Assembly (NCBI RefSeq): GCF_009914755.1
Contig: NC_060932.1
Direction: 5' to 3' (one strand)
Length of the DNA stretch: 64,000 nt
Source of the DNA: the human T2T-CHM13v2.0 reference genome, Homo sapiens
Each line of letters begins with the position of its first letter. Positions within the stretch are counted from its first letter, which is position 1. Positions 63,137 through 64,000 of this stretch are shown here, in pieces. The notes below the pieces were generated by a model. It was not told where the DNA came from, searched no databases, and worked only from the letters and a program-made list of their open reading frames with translations. The position numbers and the translations under genes are program-made.

Positions 63137-64000
63137 TTATAAGAAGTATCCTCATGTTTACTAAGAGGATACAAAATGAAAGTATAAAAATCTCCATTGT
63201 TTTTAAACATTTTATCACAAAGGTCATAATAGGGTAATCTCAATTTCTTAGCCTGTGTGAGCCTCTGTTTATTTCCTCTGAGACTTAAATGAGACAATAT
63301 GATACTTTACCCTGGAAAATCATGAATGATAAAGAGCAAAGTGTGCTGATTAGAGTATTTTTCTCAACCTCTATTGCCCTTTTGGGTTCTTTTCTCAAAG
63401 AATTACACACACGGAGCTGCATTCTTCTATGAAGAGCTCATAAATAGAATGATTTCCCAACAATATTGAATCACCAAAGGGTGAAAACCTGATTCTATTC
63501 TGATCCCAGAAAATAAGTAACGGTTGCTTTTCTGTTAGTGAATGGAAATAAAATGGTTAAAATGTAATAAAACACCTCTGATCCTTCTCATTTTGTAAAA
63601 GCAAAATGAGAAAGGAACACTTAGACTATGCCAGAAAGAGAATAGGATGTGGGCTTAAAGATGAAAGAAACCCTAGAAAAGAAATTATTAGAATAATGAG
63701 GAGGTCAAGAAAAGATCCACATGAACACACACGAACAAAAACAGATGAACTTGTTTAAATCACAGAACAATGAGCATGTATTGCCCAGAAAAATGGAGGT
63801 AACTAGAACTCAAACAAATATCATAGAGCATTTGAGGAAAAGACAGAAAACTTGTTAGGCACAGATTGAAGGAAAGGACATTCTAGGAAGGAGAAATAAC
63901 AGAAATGCTATATAAATTTAGCTATAGTGCTGCATTTATATAGCATTTTACTGTTTCAAACCATTTTCATATTATCCCATTTATTCTCCAAAAGAGCCAT

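Overview
Human-type (primate) non-coding genomic DNA, AT-rich and dominated by interspersed repeats: about 20 Alu copies or monomers, L1 of many ages including a ~6.3 kb full-length old L1PA, L2, L3/CR1, MIR, MaLR/ERV LTRs and DNA transposon fossils. I see no intact host protein-coding exon, tRNA, rRNA or CpG island; nearly all listed ORFs are repeat-derived or random. The only recognisable gene-derived sequence is a 5'-truncated processed pseudogene of ERP44 (16788-17210, minus). The most informative structures are: (1) a 229-bp, ~97%-identical inverted duplication (15088-15316 / 16257-16485) whose left copy starts exactly where a MER2 element is cut off; (2) a tail-less Alu with target-site repeats inside that spacer; (3) a young L1HS-type insertion (ACG/A diagnostics) with a twin-priming 5' inversion; (4) a 115-bp near-perfect hairpin not assignable to a repeat (22391-22505); (5) an 81-bp perfect purine-pyrimidine alternation with three CACGTG E-boxes; (6) a 70-bp templated copy of a MIR tail. 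I find no support for a new multi-gene system. Repeat subfamily names come from recalled consensus sequences and most repeat boundaries are approximate.
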